A DNA stretch of 64,000 nucleotides, from IMG/VR virus record IMGVR_UViG_3300031654_000269, positions 2,446 through 66,445 of that record; one strand, given 5' to 3'. Under the pieces are notes generated by a model. It was given only the letters and a program-made list of their open reading frames with translations, did no database searches and was not told the origin of the DNA. The translations under genes were made by a program, and so were the position numbers. Positions 54,665 through 64,000 of the stretch are shown here, piece after piece. Each line of letters begins with the position of its first letter. Position 1 is the stretch's first letter. This DNA is from a virus.

Positions 54665-54865
54665 TTATTTGTTTTTAATTTCTCTGTTATAAAACCATTC
54701 CGGTATTTCTAATACTCCTGTTTCTGAATCGAAAGAATGAATTGAGTTTGGAATCCATATCTTATCTCCTTCACAATCGTATTGAGTCGCTCCACGGGAG
54801 GTTTCAAATATAAACTCTGCTTTTATCTTGTAGTTGGTTTTATCCCCTTTTTCAAATGCATGCAT
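54665..54865 (-). CDS. Hypothetical protein (start uncertain)
   Basis: WIPNS...IPEW pattern typical of small phage proteins. Confidence 0.6.
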   Translation of the reverse strand: MHAFEKGDKTNYKIKAEFIFETSRGATQYDCEGDKIWIPNSIHSFDSETGVLEIPEWFYNREIKNK

Positions 54866-55664
54866 TTTGTACCTTTATTAAATCAGTTAGTAATTGTTTA
54901 ACCATACTAAGAGGATACATTGCTTTTCCATCCGACTTTGCAGTGAGTCGATCTGGATGGGTTTCCATGAATATCCCATCTGCTCCCATAGCAATTGCAG
55001 CCTTTGCAAATCGTTCAATTAATTGTGGGTCTGTTTCTTCATCATACGCTGATTTCATAGGATGTGTAATATCTACGATGACAGGTCTTTCAAAAACTTT
55101 ACCAAAATAAATGTTTTTAAAGTCAGCAATTATATCCTGATAACCAAAAAAGCTTCCTCTTTCAGTCCATAGGATTTTATTTTTAGCTCCGAAATGATTA
55201 GCTTTTTCGAGGACATGATAAAAATCGTGTAATGACATCCACTGGGCTTTTTTAATATTAATCCATTTTCCTGACTTAGCAGCCTGTTCTATTATATCAG
55301 TCTGACGACATAGTAAAGCTGGGATTTGGATTACATCAACACAATCTATAATAGCAGATTCAAGACGTCCACTATGAATATCGGTTGTTATCGGAATATG
55401 TAATATATCCTTGATCTCCCTGAAAATACGAAGACAGTTATATACCCCAATCGATTGAAAAGAATCATACCGAGTTCGATTCATCTTTGCGTAAGATGCT
55501 TTGAATATAAAAGGTATTTGTAATTCATCGGTAATATTTTTCAATTCCTGAGCGATCTGAAAAGTAGTATTTCGATCTTCAATAGCACAAGGACCAGCAA
55601 TAAGTAGAAATTTTTTTGAGTCCGTATGTCGAATATTTGGTATTGTGTTAATGTTGTTTTTCAT
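54852..55664 (-). CDS. kdsA: 3-deoxy-D-manno-octulosonate 8-phosphate synthase-like aldolase
   Basis: IAGPCAIE, FKASYAKMNRT, TTDIH, QIPALLCRQT, NIKKAQ, ERG, DITH, FMETHP, SDG. Confidence 0.88.
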   Translation of the reverse strand: MKNNINTIPNIRHTDSKKFLLIAGPCAIEDRNTTFQIAQELKNITDELQIPFIFKASYAKMNRTRYDSFQSIGVYNCLRIFREIKDILHIPITTDIHSGRLESAIIDCVDVIQIPALLCRQTDIIEQAAKSGKWINIKKAQWMSLHDFYHVLEKANHFGAKNKILWTERGSFFGYQDIIADFKNIYFGKVFERPVIVDITHPMKSAYDEETDPQLIERFAKAAIAMGADGIFMETHPDRLTAKSDGKAMYPLSMVKQLLTDLIKVQNACI

Positions 55665-56236
55665 TGTTTCATTAGTTTTAATGCTGGTGATTGATCTTTT
55701 GCAGTGAGGTAAATCCCTAAGGAATCAGCAATGGCCTCACGTTTATACTTCTCTTTAGGTAATGTGATTTTAATTAATGATTGAATTTTTTCTATCATCT
55801 CACTTTTAGCTACATCTTGTCTATTAAACAAGTGCTTTTTCACATCACCTTCCGAATACCACTCAACACCTATTTCTAAAAATGTAGATATGGTTTGGAG
55901 TATACCCGGAACAGTTCCAATCATTTGGGCTGCATGGGCATTTTGACTTCCATGAGGTAATTCGGAGAGGATGTACTTTACATTATAAGTTTCAATAATT
56001 GATTTAAGTATTTCTGTAATTTCCTGAATTCGTTTTACAAGATGATCTCCGGCTCGGATTTTTTTTATCTTCCCTTGTGATTCAGTTTTAATACATCCGT
56101 AATCCAATATACCTCCCTGCCAGGTTAATACACTCCATCCCCAGGCTGTTAGAGATGGATCGTTTGTGAGTATTGTTCCGTTAATTATCTTCTTTCGTAA
56201 TGGAGTTTCAATCCTTTTGATCTTTGTTCGATCCAT
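55661..56236 (-). CDS. RuvC-like Holliday junction resolvase
   Basis: NDPSLTAWG, LSELP, VKK, AIADSLGI; start at 56236. Confidence 0.82.
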   Translation of the reverse strand: MDRTKIKRIETPLRKKIINGTILTNDPSLTAWGWSVLTWQGGILDYGCIKTESQGKIKKIRAGDHLVKRIQEITEILKSIIETYNVKYILSELPHGSQNAHAAQMIGTVPGILQTISTFLEIGVEWYSEGDVKKHLFNRQDVAKSEMIEKIQSLIKITLPKEKYKREAIADSLGIYLTAKDQSPALKLMKQ

Positions 56237-56582
56237 TATCCTCACTTTTTGAATTGCTTTTAGTTCTGGTAAGTTTTCCAAGAGTACCCGCTGCTTTCAA
56301 AACAGCGTTTGAAGCATCTTCCATTACTCTGGAAAAACTTTTTGGTTCTTCTGCCAATGATTCCTCAACTGCTTTTTGGAGTTTATTATTTACCATTGAT
56401 ACAGCAGTACTTGCTTTTTGTAGTTCAGATAATAAATGATTTTCAAAACTTTCCAGTTCTGATAAAGTTTTACGCTGAGCTTCAACAAGTATATGTTGAG
56501 ATTCATATCGCATATGACTCCGTTCCCGGTTCATAATAGCTCGTTCTAACAAGTCTCGTGTACGTCGAATTTGTTTATTCAT
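56208..56582 (-). CDS. Hypothetical protein
   Basis: 124 aa ORF coupled to recA. Confidence 0.65.
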   Translation of the reverse strand: MNKQIRRTRDLLERAIMNRERSHMRYESQHILVEAQRKTLSELESFENHLLSELQKASTAVSMVNNKLQKAVEESLAEEPKSFSRVMEDASNAVLKAAGTLGKLTRTKSNSKSEDNGSNKDQKD

Positions 56583-57640
56583 CGTTGTTTCTTTTTACGG
56601 TTACTATCAAATCGATGTTCAATATCTTCCCACAAGTCAATTACCTGTTCTTTTAATTCTGATTCCAAATTCTCCTCTTCCACAATACTAATCGACTCTT
56701 CCATTGAATTGGATAGTTTGGTTTCATTTACAGAATAGATCGTATTTTTTGTATGGTCTTTTATGAATTGAAGATTTTCCCTCACATCATCTACTCCGTA
56801 ATCAAATAAAATAGTAAGAGGAGCTATATGCAGTGGTTTCCAGATGGAACTTTTATAAACAGTCACTTCAGAACGTATCCCAATTACTCGTTTCACTTCT
56901 TTACCAGCAATAGTGTGAATTTCTGTTATTTTTGAATTCCTAGTAAAAGATGTTCTCAGACGTAGACTAGAATAAAATCCAACTGACACCCCACCTGGAC
57001 TACTATATTTTTCAGCAAAACTTACAGCATCAATATTTTGACGTATTTGATTACTACAAACCATCAGGAAGTTCTTTTGAGCCACAATGCGACATGTCTT
57101 TCGCAATTCTTCGCTGAATTCTTTTGCTCGTCGCATTCCCATTTTATCTCCTTCCTTCTTATCCATTTCCATGTCAGTTGAGAGTGCTGCCAATGAATCT
57201 GCAAATACTCCATTAAGTATTTTTGGATTGCTTGGTTCCCATGTTCTGACTTCAGAGAATACTTCCGGTACGGTATTTGGTGTTCTATAATCCATATCGT
57301 TTGTATCAAGATCAAACATACGGGCAAATTGTTTGTTTAGTCTTGCTTCCGGATCATTGAACATAATATCTCCACCTCCTCGTTGTACCGCTCCTGCGAT
57401 CTCACATAACAGGACAGTTTTCCCGGAGGAGCTTGGTCCAAATACTTCAACCAATATACCTCCGGGAATTCCACCTCCTCTCACTCGTCCACCACTGATA
57501 GCTAAATCAAGTAAAGTGGATCCAGTACTAACCATTATCTGAGTATTACCACCATAATCCTCAGTTGATCTCTGAGAAGAAGATCGTCTGATCCTGCGTC
57601 GCATTTGAGTGCTTAGCTTTTGTTTCTTGGTTCGCTTCAT
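56579..57640 (-). CDS. recA: RecA/UvsX-like recombinase
   Basis: STGS..LD.A, EVFGPSSSGKT, DSLAAL, NQIR, PGG...FYSSLR. Confidence 0.92.
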   Translation of the reverse strand: MKRTKKQKLSTQMRRRIRRSSSQRSTEDYGGNTQIMVSTGSTLLDLAISGGRVRGGGIPGGILVEVFGPSSSGKTVLLCEIAGAVQRGGGDIMFNDPEARLNKQFARMFDLDTNDMDYRTPNTVPEVFSEVRTWEPSNPKILNGVFADSLAALSTDMEMDKKEGDKMGMRRAKEFSEELRKTCRIVAQKNFLMVCSNQIRQNIDAVSFAEKYSSPGGVSVGFYSSLRLRTSFTRNSKITEIHTIAGKEVKRVIGIRSEVTVYKSSIWKPLHIAPLTILFDYGVDDVRENLQFIKDHTKNTIYSVNETKLSNSMEESISIVEEENLESELKEQVIDLWEDIEHRFDSNRKKKQR

Positions 57641-58023
57641 TTCTTAATGATGTTCAAACTATCAAGCACTTTATTAATCGTTCCGATTGATATTCCTCGG
57701 TTCTTTAGATTCACTTGTATTTCAACGAGGAATTCTTGAGTACCAACCGAATCTTTTCTAAATTCAAAATCACGTTTTGCTTGATGCACAAATTCATTTA
57801 CGAGTGAATTTATATCGAAATCTTCATCACTCTTTTTATGCTCGATATAGAAATCTAAGGCAATACGTAAAGCCTCAGATTTTGAACAGCCATTTACAAT
57901 AGAGAAAAGAGAGATGAATTCAAATTGTTGTTGAGGCAGTTGAGCCCCAATAAAAATAGAATCATTTGCTCCGGCTCCTTTTTCACTACTGTATTTTTTC
58001 TTGAATAATTTTGTTTCAGTCAT
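57637..58023 (-). CDS. Hypothetical protein (possible ribbon-helix-helix)
   Basis: SKSEALRIAL segment. Confidence 0.6.
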   Translation of the reverse strand: MTETKLFKKKYSSEKGAGANDSIFIGAQLPQQQFEFISLFSIVNGCSKSEALRIALDFYIEHKKSDEDFDINSLVNEFVHQAKRDFEFRKDSVGTQEFLVEIQVNLKNRGISIGTINKVLDSLNIIKK

Positions 58024-58029
58024 GAATGA

Positions 58030-59163
58030 TTACCTTTTACTTTTTACATATTCCTCATCACAATCTTTCCATACTTTACAGTCATTACAATCATCGAACT
58101 GATCTGTGTCAACTCCGAACTCATGTTTGAATGGACATTGATTTTCCGAATCTCTATTTCTTGATGATCTGTGTTCTCGTCGTCCTTTACTTTCTTCTTC
58201 CTCTTCCCTATCACGGATTAACATTCCACGGCGTTTTGGTTTTTCCTCTTCCTCTTCCTCTTCCTCATCTCTTTTACGAGTGGATTTTCTTTTTGTACGA
58301 GAACGTGGTTCCTCTTCCTCTTCCTCATCAGATCGCGATCTACTACGAGTAGTTTTCTTACGACGTGTTCGTGGTTCATCATCCTCATCCGATTTAAGAT
58401 TATCGGTATCGGTATCTTCTTCACTATCAATTTCAAGAAACTTTGCCTGAAGTTGTTTATAAGGCAGAACGATTAGAACTTCGTCCAGGTTAGGAACATC
58501 ATCTAAAATATCTTCAGTATATTGTTCCTGACGCTCTTCAGCATCAATACGACTTGCTTGAGCAAATGGATCTCCTTTTCCAATCTTCTCACTACTAAAT
58601 CGTACTTTCAAGGTACATCCACTTTCCAGGTCACAAAAATCTTCAGGAATATTCCCCTCCTCAATTTCATCATAAAGCATGTTTTGAAAGTTGTAATCAC
58701 TTAAATCCATGATATGAGCTTCCTCATCATACTCTTTTGAATTGATAGGAACAATAACGTATAGACTCCTACTACGAGGATACAGGCTTTTGATTTCTTC
58801 CTTATCACCATTTTTATCCCTTAGTTCTTTTTGATATTCACAAACAGGACAAGGTTTCCCGAATGATATAGGACAGATAACAGTATCATTATCCACACCA
58901 ACATTCCGGTGAATTTTGAATGGTCGTTTGTACCATAAGTCCCCAACCATTGCAATTTCATTTTGATCATTGCGGTCAGGATGCTTTTCATCTGTAATTT
59001 CATAAGGTATTATATCAATGAATGCCCGCTTGCCTGGTTCTGGTTTATACAGTTTTATACCATCCGGCAAAGCCAGGTATCCATACGATGAAGCTTCACG
59101 TTTCTTTTCTTTTGCGTTTGCTCCAACTTTTCCACTAAATGAACTTCTGTGTTTTTTACTCAT
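58030..59163 (-). CDS. T4 gp32-like single-stranded DNA-binding protein with a long mixed-charge tail
   Basis: IHR..CPISFGKPCPVC zinc site, GCTLKV; R/E-rich tail; terminal Cys cluster. Confidence 0.75.
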   Translation of the reverse strand: MSKKHRSSFSGKVGANAKEKKREASSYGYLALPDGIKLYKPEPGKRAFIDIIPYEITDEKHPDRNDQNEIAMVGDLWYKRPFKIHRNVGVDNDTVICPISFGKPCPVCEYQKELRDKNGDKEEIKSLYPRSRSLYVIVPINSKEYDEEAHIMDLSDYNFQNMLYDEIEEGNIPEDFCDLESGCTLKVRFSSEKIGKGDPFAQASRIDAEERQEQYTEDILDDVPNLDEVLIVLPYKQLQAKFLEIDSEEDTDTDNLKSDEDDEPRTRRKKTTRSRSRSDEEEEEEPRSRTKRKSTRKRDEEEEEEEEKPKRRGMLIRDREEEEESKGRREHRSSRNRDSENQCPFKHEFGVDTDQFDDCNDCKVWKDCDEEYVKSKR

Positions 59164-59345
59164 AATAGTTAATTTTTAATAATAAGTACAAATATATATT
59201 TGATTATTTTCAAATTTAATTGGTTTCCCATCACCATCTTTTTGATTTTTTAATGCTTCTTCTAAATCTGTTAGAACACCAACATCAAATGAATTTTCAG
59301 CTGTCAACTCACAACTACACCACGTTGTATTAAGTTTCATAAAAT

Positions 59346-59849
59346 TTACTCCCTCCTTTTTGATCGTTTCATTTTACTACCGATTTCTGAATCAATATCC
59401 TTATTCCGTTGCTGCTTCTCTTTCCACTCCTCTGATAAATTTCTCGGTACACTTGGTCCGGCAAAGTATTGTTGACCGTGTAGAATAACAAGATTTTCTA
59501 ATGCTTTCTTCCTTGTCCAAGCTATCTCTTGAAAAATAAGTTCGGCAAATTCCAACTCCTCTTGCAGGTCAAGTAATTTTTTTACAGTTTGTTTATAATC
59601 TTTATCTGTACGATAAAAGGCTTCAATATCATTTGCATTTGGAGTTTTCTTTCCAATTAGTTTTTCCGGGTCTTCATTCACTTCCAATATCAATTCAGAT
59701 CGGATTGTTTTCTTCCTTTCCTCCATTTGATTTACTTCTTTCCGAAGTGATGTGAGATGTTTAGCCCATTTCAAAGCTAATTCAGCCTGTCCCAGCCATT
59801 CTACATCCAGGCTGTCAGGGTCAATTCGAATGTCTTGTTCGTAGTTCAT
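59346..59849 (-). CDS. UvsY-like recombination mediator
   Basis: Helical 167 aa next to SSB and RecA. Confidence 0.55.
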   Translation of the reverse strand: MNYEQDIRIDPDSLDVEWLGQAELALKWAKHLTSLRKEVNQMEERKKTIRSELILEVNEDPEKLIGKKTPNANDIEAFYRTDKDYKQTVKKLLDLQEELEFAELIFQEIAWTRKKALENLVILHGQQYFAGPSVPRNLSEEWKEKQQRNKDIDSEIGSKMKRSKRRE

Positions 59850-59855
59850 AATTAT

Positions 59856-60074
59856 TTACTTTTTTAATTCATCTGATTTATCAATTATTTCTTCAACTAA
59901 ATCGTCTAAAATTTTATTCCTTTCTTTTATTGGATTGTCTGTATCCTTTAAAGATTTTGAGTAACCCATTTCAATCTTAATATTTTCATAATTTCCAAGA
60001 TTGACAGTCGAACTAACACTGGCCCAGACTTTATCTGGTTCTGAATTATTAATTATTTTTTTTGATCTTTCCAT
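59856..60074 (-). CDS. Hypothetical protein
   Basis: TVNLGNYENIKIE motif typical of small phage proteins. Confidence 0.7.
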   Translation of the reverse strand: MERSKKIINNSEPDKVWASVSSTVNLGNYENIKIEMGYSKSLKDTDNPIKERNKILDDLVEEIIDKSDELKK

Positions 60075-60077
60075 ATA

Positions 60078-60326
60078 TTAATGTTGGTTTAAAATTACTT
60101 TATCTCCAGGTTGTAATAATTCAACTTCAAGAGGGGCATCATCAACACACCAATGATTGTCAGGTTCATTCAAATCAATAATTACACTTTCTCCTTTTAA
60201 AAGAATATGATTTTTATATGGCCCTCCATTAGAATTATCTATACATCGTAATAATGAAAGAGTCGGAGCCTCACTAGCTTTAATAGGCTCATTTGATTTT
60301 TGTAATGTCACAGTGTAATTTTTCAT
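60078..60326 (-). CDS. Hypothetical protein
   Basis: 82 aa ORF. Confidence 0.6.
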   Translation of the reverse strand: MKNYTVTLQKSNEPIKASEAPTLSLLRCIDNSNGGPYKNHILLKGESVIIDLNEPDNHWCVDDAPLEVELLQPGDKVILNQH

Positions 60327-60328
60327 AG

Positions 60329-60538
60329 TTATTCATTGTCATTTACATTAAGAAATCCAATACGATTCTTAGATTGAATCATTTTATTATACTCAATCTG
60401 AGCCTTTGCGGTACTCATTATTTTACCCGCTAAATTAGCAGATTGTTTGACCTCATCTATGCCAGCTTTTCCTTCACGGAATCTGTCATAAATTTTTAAT
60501 AAATCATTCCTAAGTTCTACAACATTTGTTGTTTTCAT
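60329..60538 (-). CDS. Hypothetical protein
   Basis: 69 aa ORF. Confidence 0.65.
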   Translation of the reverse strand: MKTTNVVELRNDLLKIYDRFREGKAGIDEVKQSANLAGKIMSTAKAQIEYNKMIQSKNRIGFLNVNDNE

Positions 60539-60549
60539 AATGTTAAATT

Positions 60550-61242
60550 TTAGTGATTAATAGTTCTTAATTCTCTTTTTATTTTTAACTGTATTCTTTT
60601 AGCTTCAATGAGTTCTGGATATTCTTTCAAAAGAGCACTATTTCCACCTAGTAATTGGATGAGATAATAATCACTTTCTGCACGCTGATTACGTATTTTA
60701 TCTTTATTTTCTTGTTGATATTTTTTGAATCTCTTACTTAACCAATATTTATTCTTTTGTCGATAATTGGCTTCTTTATTGAGGTATTTAGTAATATTTT
60801 TTATTCTATCTTCCTTTCTCTTTCTAGATATTTCTACCTTGTGTTTATTATAGTACCTTCTCTTTATCTTTCTTTCTCTTTCGTAAAATACAGGATTATT
60901 ATTTTCCTTTGCGGCTCTTCTTAATTCCCTACGATAAGTATTTACATGTTCCTTATTATTGTTCCTCCAATCTCTATTTTGTTTTTTTAGTTTCTCACTA
61001 TTTTTTTCTCGCCATTCTTTACTATGGTTTTTAACTTGTTTTAAATTATTATTTTTCCATTTCTTAACGCTTTTTTTAACACGTTCCCTAAAGGCTAAAT
61101 CATTTTTATATCTCTCTCTAGTCTTCTCACAAATACAAGATTTACACTGTTTCGTTAATCCATCTTTATTTCCAAGTTGTTTCCTAAATTTATCCACTGG
61201 TTTTTTTTCACCACATATAGAACATATTTTAGTTTCTTCCAT
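60550..61242 (-). CDS. Zinc-finger plus basic helical-repeat protein (HNH-endonuclease-type N-terminus, no nuclease domain seen)
   Basis: KICSICGEKK..CKSC, W/Y-R/K repeats; start at 61242. Confidence 0.7.
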   Translation of the reverse strand: MEETKICSICGEKKPVDKFRKQLGNKDGLTKQCKSCICEKTRERYKNDLAFRERVKKSVKKWKNNNLKQVKNHSKEWREKNSEKLKKQNRDWRNNNKEHVNTYRRELRRAAKENNNPVFYERERKIKRRYYNKHKVEISRKRKEDRIKNITKYLNKEANYRQKNKYWLSKRFKKYQQENKDKIRNQRAESDYYLIQLLGGNSALLKEYPELIEAKRIQLKIKRELRTINH

Positions 61243-62158
61243 AATCTTTAAGTTTAACAATTGAATAACAAGCAAATACCAATCCGGCAAAGCCAGAATT
61301 ATAAAATGGTTCAACCATCTGTTCCATTATCCACCCAGCTCTCTCATTATCATCTTTCAGTAAAACGGATTGACAATACCCTAATACATGACGACGTACT
61401 GATTCTGGATCTTGATCTTTTAACCCATCTAACACTCCTCGAATCTTTTTCCAACCACTTCCCTGAATTAAAGCCCGGCAGAGTTCAATAGATTGACTTT
61501 GTTGCTCGGCACTTTGTCGGGCTACTTTTAGACGTTGTTCCGGATCGGCAGATAAAACCTGTTCTAATATGTTAATAGCATTACGAGGTAGTCCAAAACT
61601 ATCCATCGTAATTTGCTCAATTACTTCAGTTTCAATCTCCACTTCCTCTTTCCTTGCTATACGTTTTAGTAGTCGGTTCATTTCATTTTCAGATAACGGT
61701 TTCACTTGGTATTGACTACACCGTCCTTTAATAGTTGGAAGTAGTTTTTGTGGTTCCGTTGTACATAATATAAAGTAGACATGGGAAGGAGTATCTTCAA
61801 GTATCTTTAGTAAAGCATTTTGAGCATCTCCAGTAAGTTTATGACACTCATCGATTAAGAATACTCGAACTGATCCATCAATAGGATGAAATTGGGATTG
61901 CTTACGAATCTCCCGGACAGTATCAATACCTCGGAAGTCAGCGGAGTCAACTTCGCGGAAATCCTGATCACTACATTCCAATTCCTGAGTTACGATTCTT
62001 CCAAGTGTGGTTTTACCACAACCGGTTGGACCATGGAATAAATAGGAGTGTGGTCGCTTATCCGGATCGTTAATCAACCGTTCCAGTGAATTTATTATGT
62101 CTTCATTTCCCAGCATGGCTGAGAATGATCGTGGACGATATTTTTGGTAGAGTCCCAT
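61229..62158 (-). CDS. Clamp loader ATPase (DnaX/RFC-like)
   Basis: LYQKYRP, GPTGCGKTT, IDECH, NALLKILE, GRC. Confidence 0.92.
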   Translation of the reverse strand: MGLYQKYRPRSFSAMLGNEDIINSLERLINDPDKRPHSYLFHGPTGCGKTTLGRIVTQELECSDQDFREVDSADFRGIDTVREIRKQSQFHPIDGSVRVFLIDECHKLTGDAQNALLKILEDTPSHVYFILCTTEPQKLLPTIKGRCSQYQVKPLSENEMNRLLKRIARKEEVEIETEVIEQITMDSFGLPRNAINILEQVLSADPEQRLKVARQSAEQQSQSIELCRALIQGSGWKKIRGVLDGLKDQDPESVRRHVLGYCQSVLLKDDNERAGWIMEQMVEPFYNSGFAGLVFACYSIVKLKDYGRN

Positions 62159-62166
62159 ATAAAAAT

Positions 62167-62198
62167 TAAAATTAAAATTAAAAATTTTAAAAACCTAA
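62167..62198 (-). promoter_or_regulatory. Putative promoter upstream of the clamp loader gene
   Basis: TTAG-N20-TAATTTTA on the minus strand. Confidence 0.55.
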
Positions 62199-62230
62199 TT
62201 TCATTTAAAGTATTTTTAAATCATTCATAA

Positions 62231-63637
62231 TCAACCTTTATCAGCCCAGCTGCCATCAACCGGGTGAAGTTCAATATCAACATCCAGCGGTACAATAATC
62301 CAATCCCAAGCCTCTGGTAATTTTTCACATGTAATTCTTCTGATCTGTGGAATTAAATAATCTCGCTCATCCGGATTCATATCCAAAATAATACTATCAT
62401 GAATTTGTCCGATTATTTTAGTATCTAATTCTCCTACTGTTAATAATCGATCTAACTTTATCAGTGACCAAAGTAAACAATGAAATGCAGCTCCCTGTAC
62501 CGGATAGTTAATACAATCATTACGACTCATAACTCCACCACAACGGAAGCCCGTTTTCATATCAATATAACCATACTTCTGATATCCCTGCCACCATCGC
62601 TCTTTCCACTTTGCATACTCAGAGAACCGATTATGCCAGAAATCGTATTCAATATCTTGGAGGTGTTTTTCAAAAGCATTGAACGATTTTATTTTTTCAT
62701 AAATTAAATGATCAGAAATGGTATTATATGGAATTGTTATATCTTCAACGATGAGCGGCATGAAACGGATTCCTTGTCCCCATTTCCAACTCGTTTGAGG
62801 TAACTTTACCCAATCATTACAAATGCTGATAGCATTGTTTTTATAATAGTCCCCGTAGAATTGAGGGAAGACAAACCCATTCTTAGCTGCTTGTCGTAAT
62901 GTATAATGAGACGGAATTGATTTATCAATATCATCAATTTTGAATATCTGACAAGCCATATCCGAGTGCATATCAGATTTAGGATCATTGATATACTTGA
63001 TCATAGTTGGATCATTATGATAACAAGCTGCTATCCTGACTTCTAATCCACTATAATCCACCTCAAGTAATTGATGTCCAGGTCGAGGGAATAAAGCACC
63101 ACGAACAATTTTCTCAGCTTCATCGTCACGTTTAGGGGTGTTCTGAATATTTGGACTATCGCATGAGCTACGAAAAGTACGAGCAAAATGTAAATTGAAT
63201 ACAGGGTGAATATAACCGTCAACTTGTTCCCTTTGAAACAGATCAAGATAATCCCTTATTTTCTTCAGCTTCCTTGAATAGAGTAAATCATCTAACTCGG
63301 GAATGTTTAATGCACTTAAAGCATCTTCATCTGTTGATCCTTGTCCGGATGGAGTGGTTTTAACGGGAGTTAGATTTAATACATCATACAGATACCAGGC
63401 AAGTTGTTTCCCACTATTAGGATTGATCTCTTTCTTTGCTTTTCGTTTCCAATCCACACAGAATTTTGATTGTAAAAATTTGTTTTCAATCCCTTCAATT
63501 TTACGAGTCAACTGCCGGTATTTTCTACGGGTATAATCTACATCAAGACGAATTCCCTGACGTTCAGCTCTTGCCAAAGCAATTACTCCGTCATGAAGTA
63601 GTTGATAAGCTTGTTGTGTTTTAGGATGGATATTCAT
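62231..63637 (-). CDS. polA: Family A DNA polymerase, stand-alone polymerase domain
   Basis: Motif A DYSGLEVR, motif B RQAAKNGFVFPQFYG, NYPVQG, motif C QIHDS; no exonuclease domain. Confidence 0.92.
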   Translation of the reverse strand: MNIHPKTQQAYQLLHDGVIALARAERQGIRLDVDYTRRKYRQLTRKIEGIENKFLQSKFCVDWKRKAKKEINPNSGKQLAWYLYDVLNLTPVKTTPSGQGSTDEDALSALNIPELDDLLYSRKLKKIRDYLDLFQREQVDGYIHPVFNLHFARTFRSSCDSPNIQNTPKRDDEAEKIVRGALFPRPGHQLLEVDYSGLEVRIAACYHNDPTMIKYINDPKSDMHSDMACQIFKIDDIDKSIPSHYTLRQAAKNGFVFPQFYGDYYKNNAISICNDWVKLPQTSWKWGQGIRFMPLIVEDITIPYNTISDHLIYEKIKSFNAFEKHLQDIEYDFWHNRFSEYAKWKERWWQGYQKYGYIDMKTGFRCGGVMSRNDCINYPVQGAAFHCLLWSLIKLDRLLTVGELDTKIIGQIHDSIILDMNPDERDYLIPQIRRITCEKLPEAWDWIIVPLDVDIELHPVDGSWADKG

Positions 63638-63639
63638 TT

Positions 63640-63834
63640 TTAATCAGGTATATCTTCAATTGAAATTAATTCCTTTTCTTTATGGATGGGAATTTCTGAG
63701 TATAGATAATCCTTTTTATCATCCATGTCCGCAGGATGAAATACGATATAGATTAAACCATCATATACGATTGTTCCTACACGAGTACAAACATTTCCGG
63801 AATTGTTTTTATATGTTATTCTCTTCTTTTTCAT
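63640..63834 (-). CDS. Hypothetical protein
   Basis: 64 aa ORF upstream of polA. Confidence 0.6.
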   Translation of the reverse strand: MKKKRITYKNNSGNVCTRVGTIVYDGLIYIVFHPADMDDKKDYLYSEIPIHKEKELISIEDIPD

Positions 63835-64000
63835 CGATTTAATAATATCTTAATTTTCTTGGGCATGAATTCCATCATCTACAGAGATTAATTTCCAGTT
63901 TTCTCGTAGACTCTGATTATAAGCGGCACATAATTTCTTAATTAAAAACTGAACTAGTTCAAATTTCTTGTATTTATAATATTCAATCCTTATCATATTA

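Noticed and set aside
1-64000. Prophage/lysogeny module, and the many short antisense ORFs in the track
   Set aside because: No integrase, repressor or host flanks were recognised; the antisense ORFs lie within well-supported genes on the opposite strand.

Overview
Near-complete genome of an AT-rich tailed dsDNA phage with a siphovirus-type tail. It is probably circularly permuted, because a UDG-domain DNA-polymerase-type gene runs off the left edge and the PolA catalytic gene sits at the right edge. Promoter motifs (TTG/TAG-N19-21-TAnnTTT) and a boxA-like element suggest a Bacteroidota/FCB host (inference). The minus strand carries replication and recombination genes (clamp, clamp loader, PolA, DnaB, DnaC-like, initiator, primase, SNF2, RecA, SSB, UvsY-like, RuvC, Mre11, split Rad50). 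It also carries a complete 7-deazaguanine DNA-modification cluster (dpdA-like, queF, PRTase-folE fusion, queC, queE, queD), kdsA and an array of small early genes. The plus strand carries terminase, lysis genes, three signal-peptide proteins, head genes, a 7-gene glycosylation/sulfation cassette and the tail. The main discovery is an apparent split, one-to-many hammerhead ribozyme system in the early operon (14.9-18.7 kb, minus strand). One leader holds the CUGAUGA catalytic half plus three guide segments. Eight intergenic repeats each hold only the GAAA-stem III-UH substrate half just upstream of a start codon. All calls come from reading the sequence; no searches or folding programs were run.
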